64,000 bases of DNA from Lingula anatina. Its lineage: Eukaryota; Animalia; Brachiopoda. This document shows, in pieces, positions 49,057 to 64,000 of the stretch (positions are counted from its first letter, which is position 1; each line of letters opens with the position of its first letter). The translations under genes were made by a program, and so were the position numbers. Below the pieces are notes generated by a model, which made no database searches, had not been told where the DNA came from, and was given only the letters and a program-made list of their open reading frames with translations. The stretch spans positions 15,376,001-15,440,000 of the forward strand of contig CM120645.1 of the NCBI GenBank assembly GCA_051362555.1, in the 5' to 3' direction.

Positions 49057-50189
49057 CTAAAGTGCACGAGCTTGCATGGAATATGAGACATCTCTCCTCA
49101 GTTGTGGTTACGTTCGAACTGGCCTCTGCTGAATCTTTTAAAACTGGTTTTCATATTCGACGTTTGAAATCTTTCCGAGCGTAGTTAAAAGCAATTTGGA
49201 GAGATTATGATTTGGACACAAACTAAACATTTTAAGATTTAAGACTCATCTTTTTTTGTCAACTGGCCTTTTGGAATTTTCAAGCCACTGCCTGGTTAAG
49301 ATAAATAATAATTGTTTGACTGAATGTCGTTTCTTCAGTAATTATCAAATACTCCAAACCACAGGTCAACGTCAGTGTACTTATTTTTATTGTGAAAGCA
49401 CAATTAAATTAACAAAAATAAGTAAATTACAACAAATCAAATAGTTAACAAGATCATAGATGTCTCTTAAATCTCCAAGATAACCCCTTTCTCCAGAGTT
49501 CCTTTGTCAGATTGCACTTTACAAACATGAGGAAAGCAAATGCTGACCATCTTATACTTTTGTTACAGAAAATTAACTTTCAACCAAGTGTTGCCTTTTC
49601 CCTTTCTATTATTCCCAGAGAAATATTGTGTGTAGATTAAAAACATGATTAGTGCACAGATAATTTTTTCACTGGAAACTACCAAAACATTCAAAATTGC
49701 ATTTTTTAAGTTTAACATAACTCTCCTGATGTCTTTGCTTTATTCACTGTGAAATCCGTTCAATTCACTTAAATTAGGAAAAGTTTCTGATAACATTTTA
49801 ACTGATGACCATGGCCATAAACTGGGAAGTTATAAAAATAAATAAACAAACAAACAAACATCCTAATAGAACTCTTGTCTCTAATGTTTTCTCTAAATCT
49901 AATGTCACTGGCTTTGCAGTTTATTTTCACATCTTGTTTCTCCATTTTTCTGCTGTTCAAAATTATACCTGACATTTACCATGTTTATAAGACTAAAACA
50001 AATACTATAAAATGCTTGCAACTTAACATTGAAGCAACTAGTGTTGTTTGACAACAAATAAATACAGATCATATTTTCTTCTTTTTCTGGACATTGGTCT
50101 CATTGTTAAGACTCCTCATTGACTTGGCCGCCATGTTTTTGACCATGACCCAGTCTCGACCTTGACATTGACTCAGCCTTGACCTTGAG

Positions 50190-63123
<12,934 letters not shown>

Positions 63124-64000
63124 CTGTAATAAAATAAAATACAATATAACATAAAAACTGGAAGTCACAATCACTGGAGTAAAAGTAACTAGAAAAGCAC
63201 CCAGGGAGGACAACCCTCCACCTAGGCAGTTTACTTCTCATATTTTGTCATTATTTTATCTAGTCATTAGTAATTAATCAATTCTATGCTAGCCCATTTC
63301 TGACTGATCCTGTAAATTTTATCAAAATCTGTTCAAAATTTGTTGCAAGTTGGTGTATTTAAAAGTCTATATAAAAATGTTTAAAATATATTTCTTAAAA
63401 TCTTGTGTAAGCTCCATGTTCCTGGGAATTAAGATCAAGTGCATTAATGTTATAAGTTGATATTTAATATATCTATCATATGTACATAAAATGTTTGTTG
63501 AGTGTCATTGTCATATGCTGTAGTTCTTATTTAATTATCATAGTCATGAAAAAGTAGACCAAAACAATTGGCAGTTATGGTTGCCCTTTACATATCATAA
63601 ACCTGCATCCAGACACATCTCAAGTGCTATATCAATACCTTTTAACTTGATAAAATAGACTTTTCAAATTTGTGAATGTTTAAAACTGCCTGATGTCAAA
63701 TTTTCCGAAAAAAAAAAAAAAAAAAAAATCCAACTGATCATTTGATTTCTTTAGCCAAATTAGAAAACAGTGATTGATGAAAAATCCCCCCTCCCAAAAG
63801 AAAAAAAAAAAAGAAAAGAAAAATAATTATAACTGATCATTTGGTATCTTTCAGCCAAATCAGAAAACTGAGCATTTGGTTTAGGTTCACTATGCTAGAG
63901 TTTATTGATTTGTGTCACTGATGAAAGGAATTATTATTGCTTTTTGATGGCTTTTAACACAAATAGGAGGAATGGCTGTTTCCTTCACCATTCCAATGAT

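Overview
AT-rich, intron-dense animal genomic DNA; the repeat types and gene content suggest an invertebrate, probably a lophotrochozoan (inference). Five protein-coding genes were reconstructed by reading splice sites and frames by hand. MCM10 (minus strand, 12 coding exons) runs off the left edge, and a single-exon BTB-BACK-Kelch gene lies antisense inside one of its introns. UPF2 (plus, 36 coding exons, about 1519 aa) is head-to-head with MCM10. Wnt2 (plus, 5 exons, 384 aa) is tail-to-tail with ST7 (minus, 11 exons, 5' end off the right edge). Introns carry several non-autonomous DNA transposon families with readable 3, 5, 6 and 8 bp TSDs, a 5'-truncated LINE and a Helentron/HINE-like tandem array. 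The best leads are a stop codon embedded in a UPF2 splice donor with an intronic polyA signal, an orphan ETS-CRE promoter with an ATG|GT first exon between UPF2 and Wnt2, the nested kelch gene, and a candidate alternative ST7 last exon.
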